From Candidatus Micrarchaeia archaeon (lineage in GTDB: Archaea; Micrarchaeota; Micrarchaeia; CAILAH01): a DNA stretch of 24,823 nt. How positions within the stretch are numbered: the first letter of the stretch is position 1; each line of letters begins with the position of its first letter. Positions 15,577 to 24,404 of this stretch are shown in pieces. A program made the translations under genes and the position numbers. The stretch covers positions 6,793 to 31,615 of the forward strand of contig JAVYLZ010000006.1 in assembly GCA_038740245.1 (NCBI GenBank). The letters run 5' to 3'. A model generated the notes under the pieces. The model was given only the letters and a program-made list of their open reading frames with translations, was not told the DNA's origin and did no database searches.

Positions 15577-16425
15577 CTAACCGGCGGGCACGAGCTTAGA
15601 AAGTGCACCGGCGTGTGCCTGTGCCTTTGCTAATATGACGCCCACAACCTCCTTCTCAAGGATGCCCTCGCTTACTGCAAGCGCGCGGGCGTTCCTGTGC
15701 GCCTTGGTTATGAGCAGCGCGGCATTGTCCTTGGTCGGGTATGCAACCTCAACTGACAGGCCGCGCGCGTTAAGGAAGCAGGAGAGCACGTTCCTTAGAT
15801 ACTCCTGCTCATCAACATCCAGCACATCACGCATGTATATGGTCCCATCACGGAACGCTGTCCTGAGCTCAACGCCTATATCAAACGGCTTTATGTCAAG
15901 CTTCTGCAGGATTTTTGCAGCGCTGTCCGATATGGGCTCGCCCTTCTTGACCATTACCTTGTCCTTTGATATGTGTATCTTGCCGCCCACTATCTTTACG
16001 TCAAGCCCCGCCTGCTTGAACTCGGAAAGCACGGGGCCCGCCGGGAACGGCGTCTCACCTGCAGGGATTGTAATGTCCGCGGGTGCAATCTGGCCCGGCT
16101 TTGCGTATGCCTGGCCTCGGCTGCGCTTGAGCTCCTTGAATAGCTCAAACGGACCAAGCGAGGTCATTATAACACCGCACGGGCCGTTGCCGGAAGTCAC
16201 AAAACTCTCAGGCAGTCCTGCAGCCTTGAGCGCGCGCTCAACAACTGCCGACTTGCACACCCTAAACTCCGCCTTGCCCCTGAGCCTGTTCTTGGCCCTC
16301 TGCAGGTACCTTGCTGGCAGTGCCGTCAGGCTGAACAGTGCAACTACAGGGTATTTCTTGAGCTCCTTGGAGAGCTCATGCACTTCCTTCTCCTTTTTCA
16401 AGCGGTTTGCACTTTTCTTAACCAT
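15577..16425 (-). CDS. rpl10: 50S ribosomal protein P0 (uL10), lacking the acidic C-terminal tail
   Basis: AKPGQIAPADITIPAGETPFPAGP, KIVGGKIHI, LQKLDIKP and YPTKDN. Start ATG 16425. Confidence 0.95.
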   Translation of the reverse strand: MVKKSANRLKKEKEVHELSKELKKYPVVALFSLTALPARYLQRAKNRLRGKAEFRVCKSAVVERALKAAGLPESFVTSGNGPCGVIMTSLGPFELFKELKRSRGQAYAKPGQIAPADITIPAGETPFPAGPVLSEFKQAGLDVKIVGGKIHISKDKVMVKKGEPISDSAAKILQKLDIKPFDIGVELRTAFRDGTIYMRDVLDVDEQEYLRNVLSCFLNARGLSVEVAYPTKDNAALLITKAHRNARALAVSEGILEKEVVGVILAKAQAHAGALSKLVPAG

Positions 16426-16430
16426 AACAA

Positions 16431-17069
16431 TCAACTCACCTTAACGGGTGTGCCCATCGTCAGCTTGAGGTATACGTTCTTTATGTTGGCTTCACCCACT
16501 TTTGCCTTTACTGCTTCAATGACTGCAACAACATTCTCAAGGAGGTCCTCGGGGGACATCTTCTCGGTGCCCACTGCAACGTGCACCACCGGCATGTACT
16601 TGCCCTTTGACTTTACTGAGACGGTCCTCCTCGTCCTTTCCATAAGCTCCTGCAGGTTCTTGCCCATAAGCGGTTTAGGCATCTTGCCGCGCGCGCCGAG
16701 CACCTGGCCAAGATGCTTACCCACAACAACCATAAGCTTCGGCTCTGCAAGGAACGTATATTCAGAAACATACTTCTTAAGCGTTGGCTTGTCCTTTGCA
16801 AGCTTCTCAATCATGTCGCCTGCAAGCACCATATCTGCCCCTGCAGTCTTGGCCTCGCTTGCGAGCTGGCCGTCCGCAAACACTGCAATCTTGGATTCCC
16901 TTCCCTTGCCTTTCGGGAGCGGTATCTCAAGGTTCAGCCGGTTTTCTGGCTTGTTAAAGTCAATCCCGCGGAAATTTATTGCGAGCTCAACGCTCTGCTC
17001 AAACTTCCGTGAGCCCTTCTGCGCCAGCACCTGCTCAAGTGCCTTCTTTAAGGATTTGTTGTCTATCAT
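16431..17069 (-). CDS. rpl1: 50S ribosomal protein uL1
   Basis: RKFEQSVELAIN, LGQVLGARGKMPKP, VAVGTEKM and YLKLTMG. Confidence 0.97.
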   Translation of the reverse strand: MIDNKSLKKALEQVLAQKGSRKFEQSVELAINFRGIDFNKPENRLNLEIPLPKGKGRESKIAVFADGQLASEAKTAGADMVLAGDMIEKLAKDKPTLKKYVSEYTFLAEPKLMVVVGKHLGQVLGARGKMPKPLMGKNLQELMERTRRTVSVKSKGKYMPVVHVAVGTEKMSPEDLLENVVAVIEAVKAKVGEANIKNVYLKLTMGTPVKVS

Positions 17070-17075
17070 GCAATC

Positions 17076-17120
17076 ATCCTCCCACGCATTGCGGCTGGCC
17101 GCACGGTGGTTTTAGCGGAT
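17076..17120 (-). promoter_or_regulatory. Putative L1 autogenous translational operator in the rpl1 leader
   Basis: The - strand reads ATCCGCTAAAACCAC-(hairpin)-GTGGGAGGAT. These are both strands of the L1-binding internal loop, overlapping the SD. Confidence 0.75.
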
Positions 17121-17140
17121 TGAGGATTTAGGCAGGGTAA

Positions 17141-17201
17141 ATATTATAAAGCTTATGAATTGGCAGGGGGAGAGCCACGACGTTGGGGGCACGCTTAAAA
17201 G
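17141..17201. promoter_or_regulatory. Divergent TATA boxes for the rpl1 operon and the DRG GTPase
   Basis: TTTATAAT on - (17143-17150). CTTAAAAG on + (17194-17201), ~24 nt before ATG 17225, suggesting a leaderless transcript. Confidence 0.6.
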
Positions 17202-17224
17202 TTTGCGCACAATATTAATGCCCG

Positions 17225-18313
17225 ATGGGGATACAGGAAAAGATAGCCGAGCTTGAGGAGGAGATACGGAATACCCAGTACAACAAGGCCACGGAGTATC
17301 ATATAGGCCTGCTCAAGGCAAAGATTGCCAAGCTGCGCGCGCAGCTCATAGCCGGCTCAAAAAAAGGCGGCGGTGGCGGGGGGTTTGACGTCCGCAAAAG
17401 CGGCGATGCGCGCGCTGTGCTCATCGGCTACCCCTCAACCGGCAAGTCAACGCTGCTCACAAAGGTCACGAAGGCCAAGTCAAAATCGGCCGCCTACGCA
17501 TTCACAACGCTTGACGTGGTGCCCGGCCTTATAGAATACAAAGGCGCAAAGATACAGCTGCTTGACCTTCCGGGCATCATACGGGGTGCGGCACGCGGTG
17601 CAGGCAGGGGCAAGGAAGTCCTTGCAGTTGCAAGAAGTGCTGACCTGATTGTGCTTTTTGTGGATGTGTTCAATCCCGATGTTGAGGGCCTGAAGCAGGA
17701 GCTTTATGAGGTGGGCATACGGCTTGACAGGCACGCACCCGATGTGGTCATAGTGGGAAAGGAAAGCGGCGGGCTCCGTATAAACAGGACTGTGCCCACA
17801 CCCCAGCTTGATGACAGGATGGTTGCGAATATACTTTCAGTGTATGGGATACACAACGCCGATGTCACAATACGCGAAAGCATCGGGCAGGACGAGCTGA
17901 TAGATGTGGTTGTGGGCAACAGGATATACTGCAACTCGCTTCTTGTCGTGAACAAAGTTGACCTGGTCAACAAGAAATACCTTGAGGAGCTGAGGCACAA
18001 GATTGGGCCGTTCCTTGGGATGTCCGCAGAAAAAGGCATTGGCATTGACGAGTTCAATGAAATGCTTTACCAGCGGCTTGAGCTGATACGTGTGTACACG
18101 CGCTCGCGGTTTGAGGGCACGGATTATGAGGAGCCGCTTATAATAAGGAGCGGCTCAACTGTTGAGGATGTTTGCAATGCAATACACAGGGATTTAAGGA
18201 AAAACTTCAAGTATGCACTGATAAGCGGGCCGAGCGCAAAGTTCAAGGGCCAGCGGGTCGGCCTCAGCCACAAATTGATGGACGGCGACGAGATACAAAT
18301 TTATGCACGGTAA
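17225..18313 (+). CDS. DRG-family (OBG superfamily) GTPase with TGS domain
   Basis: TQYNKATEYHIGLLKAK, G1 GYPSTGKST, YAFTTL, DLPG, NKVD and C-terminal TGS (SAKFKGQRVG). Confidence 0.95.
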   Translation: MGIQEKIAELEEEIRNTQYNKATEYHIGLLKAKIAKLRAQLIAGSKKGGGGGGFDVRKSGDARAVLIGYPSTGKSTLLTKVTKAKSKSAAYAFTTLDVVPGLIEYKGAKIQLLDLPGIIRGAARGAGRGKEVLAVARSADLIVLFVDVFNPDVEGLKQELYEVGIRLDRHAPDVVIVGKESGGLRINRTVPTPQLDDRMVANILSVYGIHNADVTIRESIGQDELIDVVVGNRIYCNSLLVVNKVDLVNKKYLEELRHKIGPFLGMSAEKGIGIDEFNEMLYQRLELIRVYTRSRFEGTDYEEPLIIRSGSTVEDVCNAIHRDLRKNFKYALISGPSAKFKGQRVGLSHKLMDGDEIQIYAR

Positions 18314-18318
18314 GTCCG

Positions 18319-18885
18319 CTATTTTTTCGCAAAAATAAGGAATGCCGTGTGGACAAGGGCAAAATTGTCCGGCCGGCACCCAAAATCGCGTATTGCGTAA
18401 TTGACGTCGTGCGTGGTTATCGTGAACACGTCACGAAAAAGCTTTTGGCACTCAAGATGAAACTGCTTTGCCTGCTCAATGTTCGGGCAATACCCGACAA
18501 GCCAGCCGCCTTCCTTGAGCTTTTCATGCATAACAGGTATGTGCACATGAGAGTCCTTGTAATCAAGGAATATGAAATCAAGGTTCTTTTGCGACATCCC
18601 TTCCATAGGCTTGTTTGCAATGACCACGTTTTTCAGGCCCAATTTGTCAATGTTCTCCTTGGCTACCCTGTAATGTTCCTCGCGGCTCTCAAACGAATAA
18701 ACCTTCTTGCATATGCGCGCCAGCTGGATTGTCATAAAGCCGGAGCCAGAGCCGCCTTCCGCTGCCACAGTATTCCTGCCTATTCCCGTGTAAGCGACAA
18801 TTGCACCAAAATCCTTTGGCAGCACCACCGCAGCCATCCGTTTAAGGCCTTTCATGTCGTCTGGGAACCTCATCGGCACATCCAT
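18319..18885 (-). CDS. trmI: tRNA (adenine-N1)-methyltransferase (TrmI/GCD14 family), N-terminally shortened
   Basis: LKRMAAVVLPKD, EGGSGSG, SFESREEH, FLD, YCPNIEQ, RP and HTAFLIFAKK. Confidence 0.85.
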   Translation of the reverse strand: MDVPMRFPDDMKGLKRMAAVVLPKDFGAIVAYTGIGRNTVAAEGGSGSGFMTIQLARICKKVYSFESREEHYRVAKENIDKLGLKNVVIANKPMEGMSQKNLDFIFLDYKDSHVHIPVMHEKLKEGGWLVGYCPNIEQAKQFHLECQKLFRDVFTITTHDVNYAIRDFGCRPDNFALVHTAFLIFAKK

Positions 18886-18912
18886 AATATCAAACCTGCC
18901 CGTTAACCGCCG

Positions 18913-20346
18913 CTACCCTTTCACAACACCGTGCGGCACCATTTTCACAACCGGGTTTGCAAGGCGCGCGCCGCGCACGCTCTCTATCACTTCATCAATA
19001 TCCTTGTATGCCTCGGGTGCCTCCTCGGATATGACCTCCTTCTCGGCCACGCGCACGTAGATGCCCTTGCCCTCAAGCTCGGCACGCACCTTTGCCGCAG
19101 GATAATCGCGTATTGCCTCATGCCTGCTCATTGTGCGGCCCGCACCGTGGCATACAGAATGGAACGACTCTGAGGACTCGGGTGTGCCCACAAGCACATA
19201 GCTTGCCGTGCCCATGCTGCCCGGGATTAAAACCGGCTGGCCAACGTCGCGGTATGCAGGCGGCACCTCCTCACGGCCTGCGGGCATTGCGCGCGTGGCA
19301 CCTTTCCTGTGCACCCATACATAGCCCTTTGAGCCGTCATCAAGCACGTGCTTCTCGCGCTTGGCTATGTTGTGGCACACATCATAAAGGACCTCAAGGC
19401 CCAGGTCCTCGGGGTCCTGCCTGAACACTATACCCACCGCCTCACGCACCCAGTGCGTAAGCATCTGCCTGTTAACGAATGCATAATTGACCGCGCAGTT
19501 CATTGCGCTTATGTACGCACGGCCCTCATTTGAATTTACTGGGGCGTACACAAGCTCGCGGTCAGCGAGCCGTATATCATGGCGGGATGCGTATTCTGTG
19601 AATGTGCGTATGTAATCAGAGGCGACCTGATGCCCCAGCCCGCGCGAGCCGGTGTGCAGCATTATAACGAGCTGGCCGGTAAACAGCCCAAACCGCTTGG
19701 CTATGCCCTCATCAAATATCTCAGAAACCTCCTGTATCTCAGCGAAATGGTTGCCGGAGCCGACCGTCCCAAGCTGGGGGCGGCCGCGCTTGATTGCGGT
19801 ATCACTCACTTTTGAAGGGTCTGCATCCGGCATGCAGCCTTCCTCTTCAATAAACTGCATGTCGCGCTCCCAGCCGTATCCTTGGCGCACCGCCCATTTT
19901 ACGCCTTCCGCAAGCGCATCATTGAGCTGCCCCTTGTCAAGCTTAAGCTTGCCTTCACTGCCAACACCCGACGGGCAATTCTGGAATATTGAATTTACAA
20001 GTTCCTTGAGCTTCGGTGCCGCCTCCTTGTACATAAGATTGGTCTTCAGCAGCCGTACGCCGCAGTTGATGTCATAGCCCACACCGCCCGGCGAGATTAC
20101 GCCGTCCTCCTCCCTGAATGCGGCCACACCGCCTATCGGGAAGCCGTACCCCTCGTGGCCGTCCGGCATAACGTATGCTGAGCGCACAATGCCGGGCAAT
20201 GTAGCCACGTTGCACAGCTGTGTGAGCGTCCTGTCCCCGCGCATTTTCGCAAGCATTTTTTCTGATGCAAATATGTGGGCGGGGACACGCATCTCGCCGT
20301 GCCGCTCAATTCGCCAGACGCAATCGGACACCTTTGCAATCTCCAT
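18913..20346 (-). CDS. rtcB: tRNA-splicing ligase RtcB
   Basis: MPDGHEGYGFPIGG, GYDINCGVR, GSGNHF, HTGSRG, HNIAK, HRKGAT, PGSMG, HGAGR, EEAPEAYK and terminal KG. Start ATG 20346. Confidence 0.97.
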   Translation of the reverse strand: MEIAKVSDCVWRIERHGEMRVPAHIFASEKMLAKMRGDRTLTQLCNVATLPGIVRSAYVMPDGHEGYGFPIGGVAAFREEDGVISPGGVGYDINCGVRLLKTNLMYKEAAPKLKELVNSIFQNCPSGVGSEGKLKLDKGQLNDALAEGVKWAVRQGYGWERDMQFIEEEGCMPDADPSKVSDTAIKRGRPQLGTVGSGNHFAEIQEVSEIFDEGIAKRFGLFTGQLVIMLHTGSRGLGHQVASDYIRTFTEYASRHDIRLADRELVYAPVNSNEGRAYISAMNCAVNYAFVNRQMLTHWVREAVGIVFRQDPEDLGLEVLYDVCHNIAKREKHVLDDGSKGYVWVHRKGATRAMPAGREEVPPAYRDVGQPVLIPGSMGTASYVLVGTPESSESFHSVCHGAGRTMSRHEAIRDYPAAKVRAELEGKGIYVRVAEKEVISEEAPEAYKDIDEVIESVRGARLANPVVKMVPHGVVKG

Positions 20347-20399
20347 AAACTGAATTGGGCTGCTAAGTATTAAAACGATTTTGCACGAAGTGTATTGCA

Positions 20400-21362
20400 A
20401 TGGACTATATTGCCATGGCGACCTATGCAGCGCTGTTTACGGCCGGTGTTGCAGTGCTTGCGGTGTATGTTGCGCTGCACACACCGGGCGCGCTCTCACT
20501 CAGGGAGCTCATATTCCCGCGGGTTGAGCGCACCATCAGGGGGGAGGTTGCATCAATATTCATCCACCCGCTGTTCTGGATTGCCGCCACCGGGATATGC
20601 ACGCTGTTCATAGTTTCGTTGCTTTTCACAACAAGCAATGCATCGCTTGCATATGAATGGCTGCTGTTTGCGGCCTCTGTAATCGGCATGTTTGCAATTG
20701 TAAACACCGTGGCGGTATGGTTCTTTGAGGGCAAACTGCACGAGCCGCTGAGGTTTGTCATAGGCTCTCTGTGCTACGGTGCGCTGTGCGCACTTGCGGC
20801 ATTCCTGTTCAACACGCTTTTGGGCGCATGGCTTGGCAATGCCGTTGACCAAAAGACCGGCCTGCTGGTGCTTCTCACGCTGGCGCCGTTCATTGAAGAG
20901 TTCCTTAAGATGCTTGGGGTGGTCGCATTCTCGGGCCACAGGATGTTCAGGGGGACGCTTGACGGCATACTTGTGGGGTTCTCAATCGGCGTGGGGTTTG
21001 CGCTTACCGAAAACATGTTTTACATAATAACAAAGATACCCGCCCATTCAGTTGACCTGCTGATGTTCCGCGCGCTCTACAACACAATCGCGCACGGCGC
21101 ATTTACGGCGATAGGCGGTGCGGTGCTCGGAAAGATAAAGGCAAGGTTTGGGAATATAAACCTGTTTTTTGCGCTCATTGCCGCAATGGTTGCCGCACTT
21201 GTGCACGTGGCTTTCAACATACTTGCAATCGTTGACATAGTAGGTGTTAGCTCGCTGGAATTCGGGTATTACATATTCAGCCCTGCGCTGAGCATTTCGC
21301 TCCTTCTTATAGTGCTATACTTGATATATTATGCCAAAAAAACTGAAAAAGTGCAAAATTAG
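20400..21362 (+). CDS. PrsW-family intramembrane glutamic metalloprotease
   Basis: APFIEEFLK, GVGFALTEN, and His motifs (IAHGAF, LVHVAFN); multiple TMs. Confidence 0.88.
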   Translation: MDYIAMATYAALFTAGVAVLAVYVALHTPGALSLRELIFPRVERTIRGEVASIFIHPLFWIAATGICTLFIVSLLFTTSNASLAYEWLLFAASVIGMFAIVNTVAVWFFEGKLHEPLRFVIGSLCYGALCALAAFLFNTLLGAWLGNAVDQKTGLLVLLTLAPFIEEFLKMLGVVAFSGHRMFRGTLDGILVGFSIGVGFALTENMFYIITKIPAHSVDLLMFRALYNTIAHGAFTAIGGAVLGKIKARFGNINLFFALIAAMVAALVHVAFNILAIVDIVGVSSLEFGYYIFSPALSISLLLIVLYLIYYAKKTEKVQN

Positions 21363-21366
21363 TGCG

Positions 21367-23016
21367 CTACATGTCCATGCCGCCCATGCCGCCGGCGCCT
21401 TCACCGCCTGGCGGGGCGCGCGGCTTGCCCTTGCTCGCTATCACGTCATCTATGCGCAATATCATCTGCGCCGCCTCGGCAGCGCTTGAGATTGCCTGCT
21501 TTTTTACCTTGAGCGGCTCAATCACGCCAAGGGACTTCATATCGCCAACCTTGCCCTTGTGCACGTCAACGCCGTAATACTTGCCCTTCTCGGACTGCTT
21601 GGCCCTAAGCGATACAAGCGTGTCAATCGCATCCATGCCTGCGCTTTCGGCAAGCGTCTTCGGGATAACCTCAAGCGCGCGTGCAAACGCCTCAACTGCA
21701 AGCTGCTCGCGGCCGCCTATCTCGCGTGCATACGCACGCAGGTGCTCTGCAAGCATAATCTCCGCACAGCCGCCGCCAATAACGTACATCCCTTCCTCAA
21801 CCGCACTGCTTACCGCGCCTATTGCATCCTTGATTGCACGCTCAACCTCGTTCACAACGTGCTCGCTGCCGCCACGCACGAATATTGTGACGCTCTTGGG
21901 GTTCTTGCAGTCCTTGACAAATACCATTGCCTCGCCGCCAATCTTCTTTTCCTCAACCATGCCCGCATAGCCGAGGTCATCCTTGTGTATGTCATCAAGG
22001 CTGGTTATAATCTTCGCACCGGTTGCACGCGCAAGCTTCTCCATATCGCTCTTCTTTACGCGCCTGACGGCCGCAATGCCCCTTTTTGCAAGGAAATGCT
22101 GTGCAATGTCATCTATGCCTTTCTGGCAGAACACCACGTTGGCACCGCTTGCTGCAATCTTGTCAACCATCGCCCTCAGCATATCCTCCTCCTGCTTAAG
22201 GAACGCAGTGAGCTGGTCGGGCGTGGTTATCTCAATCTTCGTGTCCGTCTCCGGCTTCTCAATCTCAAGCGCCGCATCTATAAGCGCAACCTTTGCGCCC
22301 TTAATCTCCTTTGGCATGCCGCTGTGGACTATCTCCTTGTCAATCAGCACGCCCTTTATGAGGGAAGTGTCATCTGTCTTGCCGCCCTCCTTTTTCTCAA
22401 TCTTTATCTGCTCAATGTCAATGTCAATTGAGTCGGTGCGCTCCTCGGCAACCATTGTGACTGCGTCAACCACAAGCTGCGCTATGTGCGATTTTGATGC
22501 GCCGACTCCTGCGCTCTTTGAGCCGAGCGAGACCTCCGCAATCTTCACAAGCAGCTGCTTGTCTGAAAGCGAGACGCGCTCGCCTATCTTCTGCAGGTGC
22601 TCGGCGCATTTTGTTGCTGCCGCGTTATACCCCTTGACTATCGTGCTTGCGTGTATGTTCTGGTCAAGCAGGTCGCCCGCGTTCTTCAGCAGCTCGCCTG
22701 CAATTGCCGCCGCAGTGGTTGTGCCGTCTCCAACCTCCTTGTCCTGTGCCTTGGCAACCTCAACCATTATCTTGCCCGCAGGGTGCTCTATGTTCATCTC
22801 CTCAAGTATGGTTGCACCGTCGTTTGTTATCACTATGTCCCCCAGGTCGCTGACAAGCATTTTGTCCATCCCCTTAGGCCCAAGGGTCGTCCTCACGGCG
22901 CTGGCCACTGCATACGCAACCGCAATGTTGGTCCTCTGCGCGTCGCGCCCGATCATGCGGGTGGAGCCCTCTGGCAGGATAACAACCTGCTGTCCGTTCA
23001 AATTTGCACTTGCCAT
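21367..23016 (-). CDS. Thermosome (group II chaperonin) subunit
   Basis: [28 protein letters not shown] and a GGMGGMDM tail. GAGGTG SD before ATG 23016. Confidence 0.97.
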   Translation of the reverse strand: MASANLNGQQVVILPEGSTRMIGRDAQRTNIAVAYAVASAVRTTLGPKGMDKMLVSDLGDIVITNDGATILEEMNIEHPAGKIMVEVAKAQDKEVGDGTTTAAAIAGELLKNAGDLLDQNIHASTIVKGYNAAATKCAEHLQKIGERVSLSDKQLLVKIAEVSLGSKSAGVGASKSHIAQLVVDAVTMVAEERTDSIDIDIEQIKIEKKEGGKTDDTSLIKGVLIDKEIVHSGMPKEIKGAKVALIDAALEIEKPETDTKIEITTPDQLTAFLKQEEDMLRAMVDKIAASGANVVFCQKGIDDIAQHFLAKRGIAAVRRVKKSDMEKLARATGAKIITSLDDIHKDDLGYAGMVEEKKIGGEAMVFVKDCKNPKSVTIFVRGGSEHVVNEVERAIKDAIGAVSSAVEEGMYVIGGGCAEIMLAEHLRAYAREIGGREQLAVEAFARALEVIPKTLAESAGMDAIDTLVSLRAKQSEKGKYYGVDVHKGKVGDMKSLGVIEPLKVKKQAISSAAEAAQMILRIDDVIASKGKPRAPPGGEGAGGMGGMDM

Positions 23017-23127
23017 TTTATACACCTCTGCTAAAATTACGCACCAATTAAAGCGGGTTAAGTATAAATAGCTTTTAATCTGCGGGCATACACTTCAATT
23101 TTTAAGTTTTCCTAAAAATAATAAAAC

Positions 23128-23634
23128 GTGGCAAAATCGCTTTCAGAAGTTGATTCCGAGTTTGAGGGCCTGATTACCTCCATTGCAACCAATTACGGCA
23201 TGGCGCCGATATGCCCAAAAATGATTGCAATGCTGCACCTTGAGGGCGATGACCTCAGCCTTGATGAGATTTCAAGGCGGACCGGGTACAGCCTTGCATC
23301 AGTCAGCAATTATGCCAGAATACTTGAGAACATGGGCCTGCTGACACGGTTCACAAAGCCCGGCACCAAGAGGATTTATGTGCGGAGATACCGGGACATG
23401 TGCGAGATGGTAAGCAAGGTTTACGCAAAGCACTATGAGCTTAACGTGAAGCCGCTGCGCGAAAAGCTGCCATTGCTTATAAGCCAGTATGACAAAATAT
23501 CAAAGGAGGGGCCTAGCGAGCAGGTGCGTGAGGAGGCACGCCTGCGTGCAAAGCGCCTCCGTGAACTGCACCGCAAGATGGCGATGTTCAGCAAGGTTGG
23601 CAAGCTTCTTGCAGCTCTCAGCGGGGCAAGGTAA
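23128..23634 (+). CDS. GbsR/MarR-family winged-helix transcriptional regulator
   Basis: LSLDEISRRTGYSLASVSNYARILENMG...KPGTKRIY; GTG start ~22 nt after TTTTTAAG. Confidence 0.85.
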   Translation: MAKSLSEVDSEFEGLITSIATNYGMAPICPKMIAMLHLEGDDLSLDEISRRTGYSLASVSNYARILENMGLLTRFTKPGTKRIYVRRYRDMCEMVSKVYAKHYELNVKPLREKLPLLISQYDKISKEGPSEQVREEARLRAKRLRELHRKMAMFSKVGKLLAALSGAR

Positions 23635-23638
23635 TACC

Positions 23639-24400
23639 ATGGAAGCAGGCAGGCACCCAAAATGCAAAGGACGCGAAAGAATCCTGCCCAGCGAGGATGA
23701 GAGCATCGGCAGGCAGAAAAGGGAGAACATAATACTCAGCCTGGAAGGCGTGAGCAAAGAATATGTTATGGGCAAGGACATAGTTGTGTCTGCGCTGTGC
23801 GATGTTGACCTTCAGGTGAGGCGCGGCGAATACGTAAGCGTGCTAGGTCCGAGCGGCAGCGGGAAAAGCACATTATTGCATATTATGGGCCTGCTTGACC
23901 TGCCCACTTCCGGCAGGGTATGCATTGACGGGCACTGCTCCTGGGAAATGACCGAGGATGAGCGTGCATACATCCGTGGCAAAAAAATCGGGTTTGTGTT
24001 CCAGGTGTTCAACCTTGTGCCGAGCCTTACTGCACTGGAAAATGTTGCCCTGCCCATGATGATATACAACGTGCCGAAAGAGGAGCGTGAAGCGCGCGCA
24101 ACCGAGCTTTTAGCACAGCTCGGGATGGGCAACCGGCTTGACCATAAGCCGAACGAGCTTAGTGGCGGGCAGAGGCAGCGTGTGGCAATTGCGCGTGCGC
24201 TTGCAAACGACCCGCCGATCATACTCGCGGATGAGCCGACGGGCAACCTGGACTCAAAAACAGGCGAGGAAGTAATCGGGATATTCAATGAGCTGCACAG
24301 GAAAGGCAGGACGCTCATTGTGGTTACGCACGATGAGGAGATTGCAGACCATGCAGACCGCACGATACATATAAGAGACGGTATGATTGTAAGGAGATGA
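23639..24400 (+). CDS. ABC transporter ATP-binding protein (LolD/MacB/SalX type)
   Basis: GPSGSGKST, IGFVFQ, LSGGQRQRVAIARAL, LADEPTGNLD and VTHD. Start moved to ATG 23639, just after the regulator stop. Confidence 0.93.
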   Translation: MEAGRHPKCKGRERILPSEDESIGRQKRENIILSLEGVSKEYVMGKDIVVSALCDVDLQVRRGEYVSVLGPSGSGKSTLLHIMGLLDLPTSGRVCIDGHCSWEMTEDERAYIRGKKIGFVFQVFNLVPSLTALENVALPMMIYNVPKEEREARATELLAQLGMGNRLDHKPNELSGGQRQRVAIARALANDPPIILADEPTGNLDSKTGEEVIGIFNELHRKGRTLIVVTHDEEIADHADRTIHIRDGMIVRR

Positions 24401-24404
24401 ATTT

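Noticed and set aside
15472..15579. Amber read-through of rpl10 to restore the C-terminal tail
   Set aside because: The in-frame extension (AARARCASRRYVDGG...GQGD) bears no resemblance to the acidic stalk tail.
21559..23071. Long antisense ORFs opposite the thermosome, and similar ones opposite rpl10, rpl1, the ATPase and tsaC
   Set aside because: They are shadow frames of conserved genes with biased codon usage.
23093..23116. Imperfect palindromes at the regulator promoter as an operator
   Set aside because: They are too degenerate and AT-rich to distinguish from the TATA region without comparative data.
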